From contig NC_087436.1 in NCBI RefSeq assembly GCF_036321535.1, positions 61,692,001 to 61,756,000 of the forward strand: a DNA stretch of 64,000 nucleotides, read 5' to 3'. Shown one piece after another: positions 12,221 through 24,913 of the stretch. This stretch comes from Camelus dromedarius (lineage: Eukaryota). The translations under genes and the position numbers were made by a program. The number at the start of each line of letters is the position of its first letter. Position 1 is the first letter of the stretch. The notes beneath the pieces are model-generated. The model was not told where the DNA came from, ran no database searches, and was given only the letters and a program-made list of their open reading frames with translations.

Positions 12221-12869
12221 AATGTAAAGGAGAATACTGAGCCATTCAGAAAAGGAGTAGTGAAGCAAGATAGGGCAACAAGTAGGAGCAAGGCCAGAGG
12301 GAATAGAAATGTGGTTGAAATGTTGCTGGTCTGGGGCATATGAAAAATAGGCAAATGGATAATTTGAGGTCAGAGTCTGTTGCTAGGAAAAGAATGACAA
12401 AAAGTGGAGTTACTGGCTGAAAACTATTGACATTAGTAAGTGTTACTGCCTTGGACCAGAGTCTTCCTTTGAAGTTAACATGTGTTACAAGAGCTCAGCC
12501 CAAGCTGGTCACTAATGTTCATCATTCTACCAAATAAAACTTAAGATCACGCGGCCCTACTGCCTAACAGATCTTCTCTTATAAAATCTTCTCCAAAGAC
12601 CTTTGTTCCCAGGTAAAACTGAAGCAGTTTTCCTCTCATCTTTCAAAGTTTTAATTAACTTACTTTCTTGCTGAACCTTTTGTAGGTAATGAGAATATAT
12701 TTCCAATAAGCCATTCATTTCTTAAAGTCTTCTTGCACTTAATTTATCTGGTTTATGCGTTTAAAGAGAAAAGTGGTGTAATAATTTTGTATTCTTCTGC
12801 CAGCATACTTCAATGCCATTTTTTGGCCACTTTAAAAAAAGTTTCTCTACTTTGATTTTTATCTCCGTA

Positions 12870-13138
12870 AGTGCACATCAAGCTCAGCCATCTTGTACTT
12901 AGGGAAGCTTTCCCTTATATTTCACCCCTCAGACTTGGTTGTTGACCCCACTTATGTGTTTTTTAAAAACCCACTGTATTTTCCCCAAACATAGGAATTC
13001 TACCCTGATAACAATTGTACCTGAACTTACATGTCTTTAAACTGTGAGCTCAAGGAAATACTATGTCTTATGTCTACACTTTCCACAAAGTAGATGTCCC
13101 AAAAGGTGTTACTGAAGGAATAATCAATGAATTAAATA
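12870..13138 (+). mobile_element. L2 3' fragment
   Basis: GGGAAGCTTTCCCT..., ACTGTGAGCTC.. and a TGAA-type tail. Confidence 0.55.
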
Positions 13139-13251
13139 AATATTGCTGTTGTATTATATTATTTTAGTTCCTAAAGCCAGTGCTGTGTAGAATTTTAAGA
13201 ATATAATAAATGCCATTTTTGTGAGGATAATAAATGAAAAAATGCCTTAAA

Positions 13252-13452
13252 ATTTTATCAAGGTATAATTTATGTAAAGTGTGTACAGCACTTAGTTGTA
13301 TCTTAATTATACAACTCGACTAATTTTTCATATATATTCATGTGTTAGCCTCTGTTCATTTCTTTCACCCCAGGAGTTTCCCTCATGCATCTTCCCAGGA
13401 AACATCAGTCCCCTCCTCTTCCTAAGGTACACACTAGTCTCACTTCTATAAT
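13252..13452 (-). mobile_element. old L1 (L1MC/ME) 3' end
   Basis: TTTTATCAAGGTATAATTTA..TCACCCCAGGAGTTTCCCTCATGC is a reverse-complement L1M 3' terminus. Confidence 0.65.
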
Positions 13453-16019
13453 TTATTTATACTTAAAAAGCTATACTACAATCAAAACCAAATATTGTTG
13501 GCCAAATAAAATACTGTGATACAACAAAAATTTGAAGAACTGATGTACAACATAGACTAATACCTAATTCCCAGATAACCCCTGAGGGGCAATTGATGGA
13601 AGATAAAATTTGATGATAGACTTAAAAAATTCTATGCCAAACAGAATAAATTCAGAGAAACCCACACCCAAACTACTGAAAAAGAAAGATGAAGATAACA
13701 AAGATCAATAAAGGCTCATCCTATACACATGTATACACCACTTAACACCTGTTGTTGTGGTAACTACAAAAGATTGGCAATGGCTGAAAGTTAAAGAAAC
13801 ACAGTGTGCTTGTAGGAAAAAATATTATAAAATATTAGTCAGGCAAATATTTTATGGGAGTGAAACAGTGGTGACATACGTCTTTGAATACGAAAATTTA
13901 ATCCTTATACCCTAAGTGCTGTCTTTCCCAACAAAAAGAAGATGAAAGAAAAGGAAAAAAGAATGTGATGAAATGCAAAATCCAGGTGACGCTTACTTCT
14001 ATTTTTTTGAAAATGCTGAACCCTCAACAATATTAGGTTAAAATGTCACTACTGTTTACAATATGGGGTGGATTTTGATTACTCAGGGTGCCAGGCAGAT
14101 GCCTTTGAAGAAGAGGAAGTTGTAGTCAAGTTTGTCCCATGCAACTAGTTATTTCTGGATATAATGAGGAAGTATCCACCTGCACTTACAGATGTGAAAG
14201 GAACATGAATTTTCCCGTCAGAGCAAGGCAAGCATGCAGACTGCTCCTCTGAGTTAAATACTTGTCTGTGTTCAGGTGGGCAGTTTCAGTTTTGTCATAG
14301 TTATTTTTTTTTTCTTCAGGGTATTAGGATTCTATGAAGTTGAGTTTTCAGGTACAGTGTTACAAGTTCCCCAGAGTATAAGAGGAAATTGTTCCAGCTA
14401 ACTCTGCCTCTGAGGCAAATGCTTACTGAAGAACAGCCATTAATTAATCTTGGGACAGTAAAACCTTTTTCCTGTCCTATCTCCAGTTAATAATGCATGA
14501 CTGAAAGTTATGTTCTAACTGTAAATCAGGCCCAACAAAACATATCACAAACTTATTTTCCTCTCAAGTCCCATAGCTTGATATGTGTGTTGTTTTAATA
14601 TTCCCACTTGGGGCTGTACATCTAATGTTACTTTGAAAATGTGCTAACAAGACTGAAAGTGTTGGGGCTTTTTAATACATTTTTATTACAAGGAAGGATT
14701 TTAAAAAATGAAATCTGATGCTTCTTATGCAAAACATAGTGTGAAAGCAGAATAGGAACTATTAAGAACAGGGCAATAGAATTTATGCCACGTGTTAGAA
14801 TTATCTTAATTCATTATCTTGTGTAAAATACTTTTTTTTCTTTTATTTGTGACATAACTGTTTTTATGTTGTTAGCATTATTTTAATAAGAATGCTTTTT
14901 AGTGTTCTTCTTCTGTTTTTTTTTTCTCCAGAAGATCTTACATAGTCAAACTGATCTCTAGGAAGGGGGCTTGGATTACCCAATAGTAATGTGTGAAGAC
15001 TGGCATTGCCTTAAAAAATGTGACAGACTATTATGAATGATATTGAAGTGAAGCTCTAAAATTCTAGAGAACCTGTTTTGAAACTCTGGGGAGAATTGGT
15101 GAGTTGGAAATTAACTCATCATTCAGGTACATAGTCTAGTTCAAACAAAATGGGAACCTTTACAAATATCTGTAACTATGAGTTATGAGCTCATAAATTT
15201 ACCGTAACAAGAAATGCGAGGCTGCACTGAATACCTAGGATAGTCTAGTTAAGCTCCTAAACATGCCTTTGTAAATTGGATAAGTTACTGAATTCCATTG
15301 AGACCTATTTCTACAGAGTAAAATGCAAAGATTGAATTAGACCTGTGTTTTAAAAAATATAACTCCAAAGACACATTAGGGTTTCATAGACTGATAACCT
15401 GGGAACTTTGTGGGGAGAAAACGTGTGGTATTAGGATCTAAATTGAACAGCCAATGGCCATATTGGAATTAATACAGTTTGTTGTGTGGATCTCATGCCT
15501 CCAAAGACTTTTAGGAATGAAAGAAAAAAAATCTTTATGATAGATCTAGTGGTTTTCTCCTTACCTTAAGAAATAGACATTCATCATAAAGCTACAGAAA
15601 GTGCACCTTTGTTAAAGTGAGGACAAATTGGATTGTTTTCCTAAACCTAGTTGCTGTCAGAGATGATGTCAGGAAAGAAAGCACTATGGGCAAGAACTGT
15701 AATAGTTTCCCTCAGTGAAGGGTATTCTGTGTATCCTAAAAGGGGAAACCTTTTAGCAGTAGCAGAGACCTACACTGTGGCACGTGTGGTATATGATATT
15801 TTGGTATTTCAGGAACTTCTGGGCAGTCATTTAGGCAGTTTGGAAATATCTGGGGTAATAACCTGGGCAGAAAAGTAGCTCTTGAAGCAGACGTTCAATA
15901 TACCAAGGTAAAGAGAAGTGTAAACTCCAGTTGTGCTGGTTTGAACAGGGACTTCTGGTAACAATGGTGATAGTAACATCTATGGCAATCAGTGTTCGTT
16001 ATTTTACAAGAACCTTCCC

Positions 16020-19000
16020 AAAGATGGAAATAAAGCGTTTTATTCTCACAGAATTCATATATTAACATATCATTCTCCTTTGACCTGTAGAAGAGGAATT
16101 AATTTGATAACTGAGCTTATTGGTGCAACAAAATTTAAAATTAGCTATGTTTCTACATTACGATCTTATTTTTTTATTGTTTGAAATTAAGAGGAAAAAG
16201 TTCTGTATTGTAAGTGGGTTGGTTAAGTTGTTATATAATATTTTCCTTTGCATCATCTGCCATATGTTTATAGGACAAAGACTATACTGCTGGGTTCACA
16301 ATATGAATGTACAAGTATCTTCATCATTACATGAACCATTATGTAATAACTAAATATCACTTATTCTTATATTTAATTTTATGTGTCAATTTGACTGGAT
16401 CATGAGATGTCAGATATACGGTTAAACATTATTTCTGGGTGTGTCTGTGTAGGTGTTTCCAGAGGAGATTAGCAATTGGACCAGTGGACTGGGTAAAAGG
16501 AATGTGGATGGATTTGAGGCCCTGAACAGGACAGAAAGGTGGAGGATGGGAGGGCTCTCTCTTTCTCTCATTCTCTACCTGCCTGATGAGCTGGGACATT
16601 GATCTTCTCCTGCCCTCGGCATTCCTTGTTCTTAGGCCTTCAGACTTGGACTGAAATCTACACCACTGGATCTCCAGCTCTCAGGCCTTTTAACTACACC
16701 ATTGGCCTTCCTGGGTCTCCACCTTGGTCATGGGACTTCTCATCCTCCATTGTATGAGCCAATACCTTATAGTAAGTCTTTTTATATATATCCTTTGCTT
16801 CTGTTTCTTTGGAGAACTGTGACTAATACACTTGAATCACAAAATAAACATTGCATAGATATAAATTATCATAATTATAAGTAGTTATAAATTATCAGCT
16901 AACTGGCCAATTGTTTTTGAACAGATATTCTCTTATCATGGAAATTTTGTCAGTACAAAAATTATGTATTGTTAAAATTTGATGAGTTTATCATGTTCGT
17001 GTTATTTAAATTTTCATACATTTTAAAATAATTTCTGAGCTGTTATATACTATTTTCCTCATATGTCAGGATGAAAAGAAAAATTTTTGAAAACAAAATG
17101 GAAAGTCATTGGATACATAAGTGAAAGAAAATATTTTGTATTATTTAGATACATTTTTGGAGAAGATAGATGTAATGCTATAAAAGGGAGATTTCAGAGC
17201 TATTAGTCTCTGTGTAGTATAACACTAATATGTCACTGATAAAAAAGGATGTGAATTTATCTCTCATCTCCATGTCAGCCAGAAATGGTAAATTTCAAAA
17301 ACCAAAACAAAACAAAACAAACTGGGATAAAATGTACATGAAAAATTCATTAGACCAAATATATTTTCTGAAGATTAGGATACTTGATGATATAATTTGA
17401 ATATTAAACAATGGAAAATTTTTAAATTACCAAATGACAGAATAGCTGCAGAAGCATTAATAAGTTCTTCCAAATTGCTAAAAATATACTAGATCCTTGT
17501 TAGTTTATTACAAACCAAAAGATTCTATAAATTTTATTCTATTTGAAGATGGAAAATATTCAACTGAAAAATGAGAAGGGACAAAACATAGACAACCTTC
17601 ATCAAATAATCTTGACAAAGATGAAAAGAGCAAAAATAGTGTTGTATTCAAAATTGAAATTTGAAAGACTATTGAGGCATTCTAAACAGAGAGTGAAAGT
17701 GAACATAAGAATATTGGCAAGGTCTTGTTGAGTAAATTATATACAAAATTTAGTTTTTGCCAAAACCTTTAAATTGAGACATAAAAAAATAACTTGAGGT
17801 ATAAGAGAGACAACAGTACTGCACATATTATGCTTGGAAAAGAGAATGGATAGAAGATATTCAGAGTAGTTAAAGGTATTTTATACTTCTCATTCCATGC
17901 ATTGTCTAAATTTTGTGGTAAACAATAAAGTAAAAATCTTTATTGATTCTGATACATTTAAAACACTACAGTGTGAACAAATGTTGAAGTATACTAAAAA
18001 TACATTTACCTGCATAAATTTGAAGCCATTGTCAAAACAGCAGTAAGAAAGTTGAATTGATGCCCTTGTGCCACAGAATATTCATTGGAGGATACTCTTC
18101 TAATGCTATTTTAGAAATTGTTGATGTATTGATAAGGATCTAGATTCTGTAATGAAAATCAAAGATATACTTAAAATATACTTAAAATTATTTGGTCTAT
18201 ACTAACAATATTTTAAGCAAAATGATACATGAACAAAAGTCAGTGTATAAAAGTCTCTGAAATCGTTGAAGAGATTATGAAATTCTTTGATGAAAACAAA
18301 TTGTTGACATTTATGAAAACATTGATTCCAACTAAATGTCAGACTAACAGTACTGACATCAGTTCTCCAATTCAAAACACCCTAGAAAAAGAATGAAGAA
18401 AACTCACTTTGAGTGTGAACCTCACAATCAGCACATCTATGATTCAAACATAATCTGAAAATCAATTTTTTCCATGCCCAATGCAATTTCTTCTTTACTA
18501 AAGATTTACTGTGTTGAAAGAGTTAGATTTTATACATTTAAAGTGGCATATATATTTACTAATGAAATTAACTTATGACCATAGCAAGAAACATGCTATC
18601 GATAAAACCTCTATTTTTAAAGAACTAAAATGCTTAAATTTTATAAAGCCTAATACAGCTTTTATTATAGACTTGCAAAATATTTAGACACAAATTTGCT
18701 AGACATCTTTTAAAATACTTTTATAGCCCTCGTTCTATATTAACTTTGCCAGCAAAAAAAGAAGTTTCCCATAAAACACATCAAAAATGACTTAAGATGC
18801 ATCCTGCCACATGAATCAAATTTATTTTTTTAAAGAAAACAAATATTGGAGCAAGTATGCATGGAAATTGTAATAAGCACTTTCATTTCCTTGAAAGCAA
18901 GGAGCATAAATAACTCTTTTACAACCAATGCTTATATCCTAGTGACCTTAACTTTTAAATAATTATAATTAAAAATTCATATTTGGTATATTATTTTCAA

Positions 19001-19130
19001 AATTTGATTTATAGAATTTGCACAGAATGGCTTTATGTTTCGTATCACTGTCATTATTAAAAATGAAAAGAAACAATTTCACTTCTTTTTTTTAACTCGA
19101 GGATAGTGCGATTCTTTTCTAATTTGCCTG
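16020..19130 (+). pseudogene. fossil hAT-Tip100 (Zaphod-like) DNA transposon with degraded transposase, interrupted by MLT2
   Basis: Hand translation gives collinear hAT motifs: WPIVFEQI..IMEILSVQ (~16904), FYTSHSMHCLNFVVNN (17879-17926; CxxH region), LKPLSKQQ*ES*IDAL (18020-18067; LKPLSxTRWESRIDA), RKRMKKTHFECE..KINFF (~18385-18470), NTFIAL/RSILTLP..RSF..KHIKNDLR (~18715-18800; hATC dimerisation domain), ISTFISLKARS (~18875-18905). Many stops and frameshifts; termini not identified; the part upstream of MLT2 is weaker. Confidence 0.85.
16365..16830 (+). mobile_element. ERVL LTR MLT2 (B/D-like), solo
   Basis: TTAATTTTATGTGTCAATTTGACTGG start, TTCCAGAGGAGATTAGCA, and the end CTGTTTCTTTGGAGAAC..GACTAATACA. 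Confidence 0.92.
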
Positions 19131-19904
19131 TAGACAGTCTGTTCCAAATACTCACTTTTACAATTCAAGAGCCTTGTATGGAGGACTCAAATCAGAATTT
19201 TAGAATAAATAGAATTTTATTTTAAGTCATATTCAGGATATAAAATATGATGGAAGGAAAGTTTGCACCAGATAAAGAGATGAAGGAGAAAGCACTGTGC
19301 TGTGTAAATGGGGCCAGAGGAAGGGTGACTATCATGAAAATTTTGCCTGAGACCACCATGGAAATAAGGAGAGAGGAGAGTTTCCTGGAAGAAGTAGGAA
19401 AATCTGCATGGATAGAATATTGCCTTTTAAAATTTACTGTGTATTTCCCAAACAACAACAAAAACAACAAACATCCAAAACCCACTGTTTTGAGACTGAG
19501 ATAGACTAAGACACTTTTCGTGCCAAGTTGAAGGTCTTGTCATGCTGCTTCTCTTCTCCCCACTACTGAGTGGGAATGGGGAATCTGTAGTAGAGATTGA
19601 ATCTATTTCTGGTAAAAACACAAATTACATATTTTGGCCATCTAAATTGTAGAATTGTAACTTTAAACTCATGCTGCATTAATATTTATTTAACATCTAT
19701 TATGCTTTAAAGATGCTCTAAGTTTTTTACATCTATTCAATTATTGTTCGTAAAAACCTATGAAGTAAGTCTAAAGAGATTAAGCAAATGCCCAAACTGT
19801 AGAGAATTACTTGCTCCATCAAAAATTTGTGCTCTTTGTGCTCTTTGCACTTTATACTACCTCTTGATAACAAAATTTTATTTTATAATCATTTCTGGAG
19901 AAAG

Positions 19905-20060
19905 AAAAGCAGATGGGAGCCAGGAGAGTGAAGAGAGGGAAGCACAGGCAGAGAGAGGGAGGGAGAGCGGGAAGGAAGAAGGAAGGACGGGAGGAGGAAG
20001 GGAAGTGGGGGAGGGTAAAAGGGAGTGAGACAGGAAGGCGAGAGGGAAGGAAGGAAATGA
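19905..20060. repeat. GA-rich low-complexity polypurine tract
   Basis: Purine-dominated + strand (GGGA/GGAA units). Confidence 0.8.
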
Positions 20061-20369
20061 GCCCACTCCATGAATCTAGAGGGATAAATATTAATGAGAA
20101 GTATGTGAAGAGATCATAACTGCTCAAATTGTTGTCCTCTCATTCAAAGCAAATGATGTCTGGAAAGGAAGAGAAAGGAGAAAACACCCCCGAAGGATGA
20201 AGAGACTGTAAGGGAATGATTGGATTCGAAAAGTGAATTTCTTTTGTTCTGTGATTAGATTCTATTCTATGAAAGAACTTGTAGAAGGAATATTAGAGAG
20301 TAGCTTTAAAGAATTATAGAGACTAAGATAAATGCCAGAAGAGGATATTGGAAATTGTAATTCCAATTT

Positions 20370-21245
20370 TCACCATGGTAGTATGGGTCTAGAGAGAATA
20401 GCATTATCCGATGGATATATAATGGATTGATGGTATCCAAACATTAATGATGGATAGCTTGATATCAAATTGGAGGGAGAATTTTAACACAGAAACAATG
20501 AGTTCGTCTCTCAACACTGACAATGGTCCACATTTTATAGCAGTGACCTATTTGGAGAGAGATGGGACATGTTTGAATTTGCAAATTACACAAAATTGAG
20601 AGGGACAGTAAAATGTCACATGGTAAAAAGCTAGAGGCAAATTGATATCAATATGTTGCTGTGATAAATTATATAAAAAGATAAACTATAAACCATTCTG
20701 CACTTTATTTTTAAAAAACGCAAAACTTCACAAGTATAAAATGAGGGATATGGGACTTAGACCAATAAGCTTTCAGATGACCTGAAGCCCAGTATGAATT
20801 GTTATTGTCATGTTGTTGCTGGTAAATCTACTTTGAGCCTAGATTTTATTAAAAAGAGGTACAGTATCTTAAAAGAGGAAATGCTATGGCTACTTCTGTA
20901 TACCGTTCTTTCAAAGAAACAGAGGAAAACAAGCAAAGAGTAGATTTGGAGGAAGTGACCAGTCCAGAGTCAGAGATCATTGCAGGCCCTTAGGTAGCCA
21001 GACTTCACCCAAACTACCTTCTATATTTAAAAGCTTGCATGGTGAAAAGCCAACACACTTACTCAGTAGGTGCTCTAGTGCTATGGAAATAGAGTTAATG
21101 GATAGAAATTGTGAAGCAACTGCTTTTTCACGTAATTTAAGGCAATGTTTCTCACAGTCAGAATTGCCTGAATGAGCCATTTCAGGAGGTAGTAGGTTTC
21201 CTGTCACTGGAGGTCTTCAAATAGAAGTCTGATGACCAGTTGGGA
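20370..21245 (+). mobile_element. L3/CR1 LINE, 3' part of reverse transcriptase and 3' end
   Basis: EFANYTKLRGTV (~20575-20610) corresponds to the CR1 KFADDTKLGG motif; 3' end GGAGGTAGTAGGTTTCCTGTCACTGGAGGTCTTCAA..GATGACCA matches L3. Confidence 0.85.
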
Positions 21246-21259
21246 GAATGTATTTAATA

Positions 21260-21345
21260 TTGTTCATTGGTTTGTCACCTGTTCCCAGAACAGTGCATGG
21301 CACACATTAGCCACCAACAAATACTTACTGAGTGAATGAATGATT
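21260..21345 (+). mobile_element. L2 3' tail
   Basis: CCCAGAACAGTGCATGGCACA..CAACAAATACTTACTGAGTGAATGAATGA. Confidence 0.75.
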
Positions 21346-21359
21346 AGAAAGAAGTTACT

Positions 21360-21570
21360 TATAACTCACATTTATCGAGCCCTCACTAGTGGTCAGGGAT
21401 AGCTAATTTTCCAGTACTTTATAGGAAGGGACAGTTTTGTTTTGTTTTTTTCATTTGGCAGCTCAGAGAAGTGAAAGCTAGCAAAGGGAAAGATACTTCC
21501 TCAAGTCACCCAGAAGTGAGTGGAGGAGGCGAGATTTTAATTGTGGTATATCAGTCCCCTGAGCCTATTT
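21360..21570 (-). mobile_element. MIR SINE (degraded)
   Basis: CACATTTATCGAGC..., GCTCAGAGAAGTGAA.., CTCAAGTCACCCAG.AGTGAGTGG. Confidence 0.55.
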
Positions 21571-21637
21571 CAAGTTTCAGAAGGTGGTTGACTTAGGTAA
21601 TTTTTGTTTCCTTCACCACACACTTCCTGATGTAGAC

Positions 21638-21982
21638 TGTTATTAATTAAACAAGGAGGCTGTCAGAGGTGGTTCTAATACCTTAGCAGCCTTTATAAGA
21701 AACCCAAAACCTAAGTCTGTAAATGTCTCAGAGTTAAGAAAACAAAACCTAAGAACAACCAATCACAAACAGCCAACTAAACTTTTCCAAATAAGACAAA
21801 AGCTTAAGCTATAGCCAATCAAATAAGTTTCTTGTTTTGCTTCTTCCTTTTCTCCATAAAAGTCTCTCTCCTATTTCCTATCATTGGAGCACTCCAACCA
21901 TTTCCAGGTTGATACTGCCTGATTGGAATTGATTTTTGCTGAAACTCAACATTTTTAATATACCTTAGCTTATTTTTTAACA
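21638..21982 (+). mobile_element. ERV1 solo LTR (MER57/MER4-group-like)
   Basis: TGTT...TTAACA termini, repeated CCAAT boxes (AACCAATCA, AGCCAATCA) and ATAAAAG TATA-like box; no clean TSD. Confidence 0.75.
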
Positions 21983-22642
21983 ATGCCAGTAAGAAGAGCT
22001 TAAATTTACTACCTCTTACTGTATTAGAACCACTTTATTGACAAAATTTGTTTAAGATTAAAATGGATGAGTAGAGATTTAGTCTCTGAGACAATTACAT
22101 AAATGTTACGGACATTTTACTTAATTAGCAGAGAAAAGTACAAGAAGGCAGCCAGGCAGGCTAGCACAGTGTATGAGTTTGAGTACCTGGAGGCCAGGAC
22201 AGCCCTGGGACTTTAGTATATTTTGGGTGCCTAGAAGAAGTGTATGGTAGTAGTGAAAGGTGAAGCCAATGACAGACTGTACTGTTTTGCAACCTTGCCA
22301 GTTTAAACTGCTAATTACATTTTGAGGATTAATGCAGAGTGTGAGCTTTTTGAGGCCAGGATTAAACCTTACTAATATTTACATCCTCTGAGCAAGTGAC
22401 TTTCAGAAGTATTGCACAAAGGATATGGTAAAGATAGGATAAATATGTTAGGGCAGCTGGAATGGTGCTGGTATTAGTTTCTAACTCTTACTAGTGACAA
22501 CCCCTTGCTTGCTATGGGAACCCTAAAATTTACTAGTAGCTTATCTTTAAGATTTACTTCAAATTTTGTTCTGGAAAGTATTACATGACCTACTTGTTTA
22601 GCTGCCTTGGTTTGCTTGTTGCTTCTAAATTATTTAGCATTC

Positions 22643-23080
22643 TGTCTGCCAACTAAAAATTGGCACTTGCCATCTGCCTCTACAAATATTGGATCACGTT
22701 GTCACTTGCCATCTACCTCTCCTCGGATTAAATCATGAGCCGCTGCAGCCACTGACCTCCTACACGTCCTGGAAGGAGTTCAGGGTGGAGATCAGGAATG
22801 AGACCCTCTGTGCTCTGGGAACACTGGCAGAGCATAGATAGTTAGATATTTTCAGGAGAAGATTGTATGAGCCCAAATTTTTACATCTCCTCATATTTAG
22901 AAAAGCACTAAAATCATTAATGATGACATCTACTCCTGGTGACTAGGAGCAAGCCTCTTTGTAAATGTGTGCTTGACTGTATGTACTCCCTCCACTAAAA
23001 TCATATGTAATACTGAGTTCCCCCCGCCTCTTCTGAGCAGTTACTCAGAGCTATCTGAAATGCTGTCTTTTCAGTCAACA
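22643..23080 (+). mobile_element. ERV1 LTR (artiodactyl-type), apparently lacking its polyA-signal segment
   Basis: TG...CAGTCAACA; GAAGGAGTTCAGGGTGGAGATCAGGAATGAG and GAGCAGTTACTCAGAGCTATCTGA resemble artiodactyl ERV1 LTRs; internal duplication CACTTGCCATCT(G/A)CCTCT. Confidence 0.7.
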
Positions 23081-23233
23081 TGTGTTTCCTTTTTATAATA
23101 CCCCTGGACAGACTCTAATGACCTATTTAATTATTTGCGTGCTCCTCCTTCCTGTAACCCCAACTCTGAACTACTTGAGGGTAGGGTAACCATGCTACTC
23201 ATCTGGGGTTATCCTCAATGCCTATCAAAGGGC

Positions 23234-23745
23234 TTCAGAAATAACTAATTCTGTCAAAACAAAAATTGCACCCAGTGAAGTCCTATAAGCAAGGAAGACT
23301 ATTTGAAGCTACTGTGTGAGAGAGAGGCCATAAATAGTCTGAGATTAACTCTGCTGAACAAAGGATGGGAACGTTTTTAAGAGCTGGGCAGAAGGATTGT
23401 GGTTAAACTTTCTCCTATCTTTGTGACAGGGGGTAGTTTCACAGCTTGGAGCAAGTTAGGCTTCTACCCTCCCACAGAAACTGGAAAACGGATTCTGTCT
23501 TGCTTGATGATTACCTTTCCAAGGGGTGGCTTTGTAGGTCCTTGAGAAAGACATTCCTGGGTTATAAAATTAGCAAGAGGCTATTTTTAAAAATTGCATC
23601 TCAAAAGGTTAAAGAAATAATTTATAATTGTAAATTTTCTAAATAAATTCTCTAAGTAAAGGGAATTTAAGGGTTTCAAGTCAGGGAGAAGCTTGTCTGA
23701 AGTCTATATAATAAGCTAAGGGGAACATTAAGGCCATATTTGTCA
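23234..23745 (-). mobile_element. ERV1 solo LTR (MER89/MER90-like) inserted in an L2 tail
   Basis: Reverse strand begins TGACAAATATGGCCTTAATGTTCCCCTTAGCTT..TTCAGACAAGCTTCT; flanked by GGGC(T) at 23230 and 23746; L2 3'-end sequence lies on both sides. The left boundary may instead be 23252. Confidence 0.8.
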
Positions 23746-24611
23746 GGGCTCAATAAGTTTGTTGAATGAACGAGCAGATGAATAAATAAAGTTTATTCCT
23801 TAGGATCCTAATTTTAAATAGGTCATCTTATTGAAGAAGTAATATTAAAAGTAATTAAAGCAAATTAAAATAATATTTAAAAGCCTTCTTTTATTTCTTG
23901 TTGCTGATTTGATACTTCATTGTGCAGCAAGTTCTACACTCCCCAAACATATTACATGTTTAATATGCATAAGGTTTTAAAAAATTAAAAAAGACTTCAA
24001 AAACTTTTCAACTGGAAGCATCTTTTATAAATAACTTCTTGCAGTGGGGCACACAATGAGATATTAAATGACTTTTTAAAAAATAATTTTTTTTCAGGAA
24101 CTGTCATATTAAACATATTAAACTGTCATAAATAAACATTTTTGTTTATTCTGAAATCAAAAACATTACATCAGACTCTGAAACATGTATAAATTTTCTT
24201 TGTGGTAGCTGTGGCTATAAAATAGGAACAATAATGCTTTCTCTTCCTACCTTGATAGGTTTATGAGGAGTGAATGAGAATGTGAAAGCACTTTAGAACT
24301 GTAAAACTAACTATAGAAATGCAAGGAATTACTAAAATGAATAATGAACACATAAAGTTGATTATTAAAGTGTTTTCATTTTCTTTAACAATAATTTCTA
24401 AAAATGTGATATTGTATGGATACTCAGGCTTTCTCCTAGGACATGGAAAATTACATTTAGTAACCATTACCTTGAAATTATTGATAAGTCTGAGTTAGTG
24501 ATATGTTTAAACATTGAATTTTTAGCAATAAATACAGTTAAAATGTTTCAAATACACTGATTAATAGCCTCCCAAAATATGATAATTTCTAGAAGAAAAA
24601 TTATCAGGGAG

Positions 24612-24852
24612 ATAGTATCAAATCTTTGTTAAGATTACAGACTTTTTTGGATTCAGGTAGTCTGTTTTCAAATCCCAGGTCTCCTACATTCAGGTCTATA
24701 AATCTGAACAAGTTACATGAACTCTCTAAGACTCTGGTTTGCCATTTGTGAAAGAGGAAACATACCTACTTCTACGGTTACTATGAGGATCAAATGGGAT
24801 GGAGTACGTAAGGCATTGAGCATAGTGACTGACTCATAGGGAGGTCTCAAAA
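24612..24852 (+). mobile_element. near full-length MIR
   Basis: TTCAAATCCCAG B-box region, CAAGTTACATGAACTCTCT core, TGAGGATCAAATG..TAAGGCATTGAGCATAGTG tail. Confidence 0.8.
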
Positions 24853-24860
24853 CCTTCATG

Positions 24861-24862
<2 letters not shown>

Positions 24863-24908
<46 letters not shown>
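24863..24908. repeat. (AC)23 microsatellite
   Basis: Uninterrupted AC run counted directly. Confidence 0.98.

Positions 24909-24913
<5 letters not shown>

Noticed and set aside
4355..14935. Strong-looking + strand splice acceptors (near 4374, 8248, 10483, 14319, 14931)
   Set aside because: Polypyrimidine-AG strings are common in T-rich DNA; I could not build a consistent open exon chain from them.
16020..19130. Domesticated ZMYM1/THAP12-like gene
   Set aside because: Numerous stops and frameshifts, an apparent LTR insertion and damaged catalytic motifs indicate a dead transposon.
19744..20127. Stack of overlapping ORFs on both strands
   Set aside because: Caused by a stop-poor GA-rich low-complexity tract.
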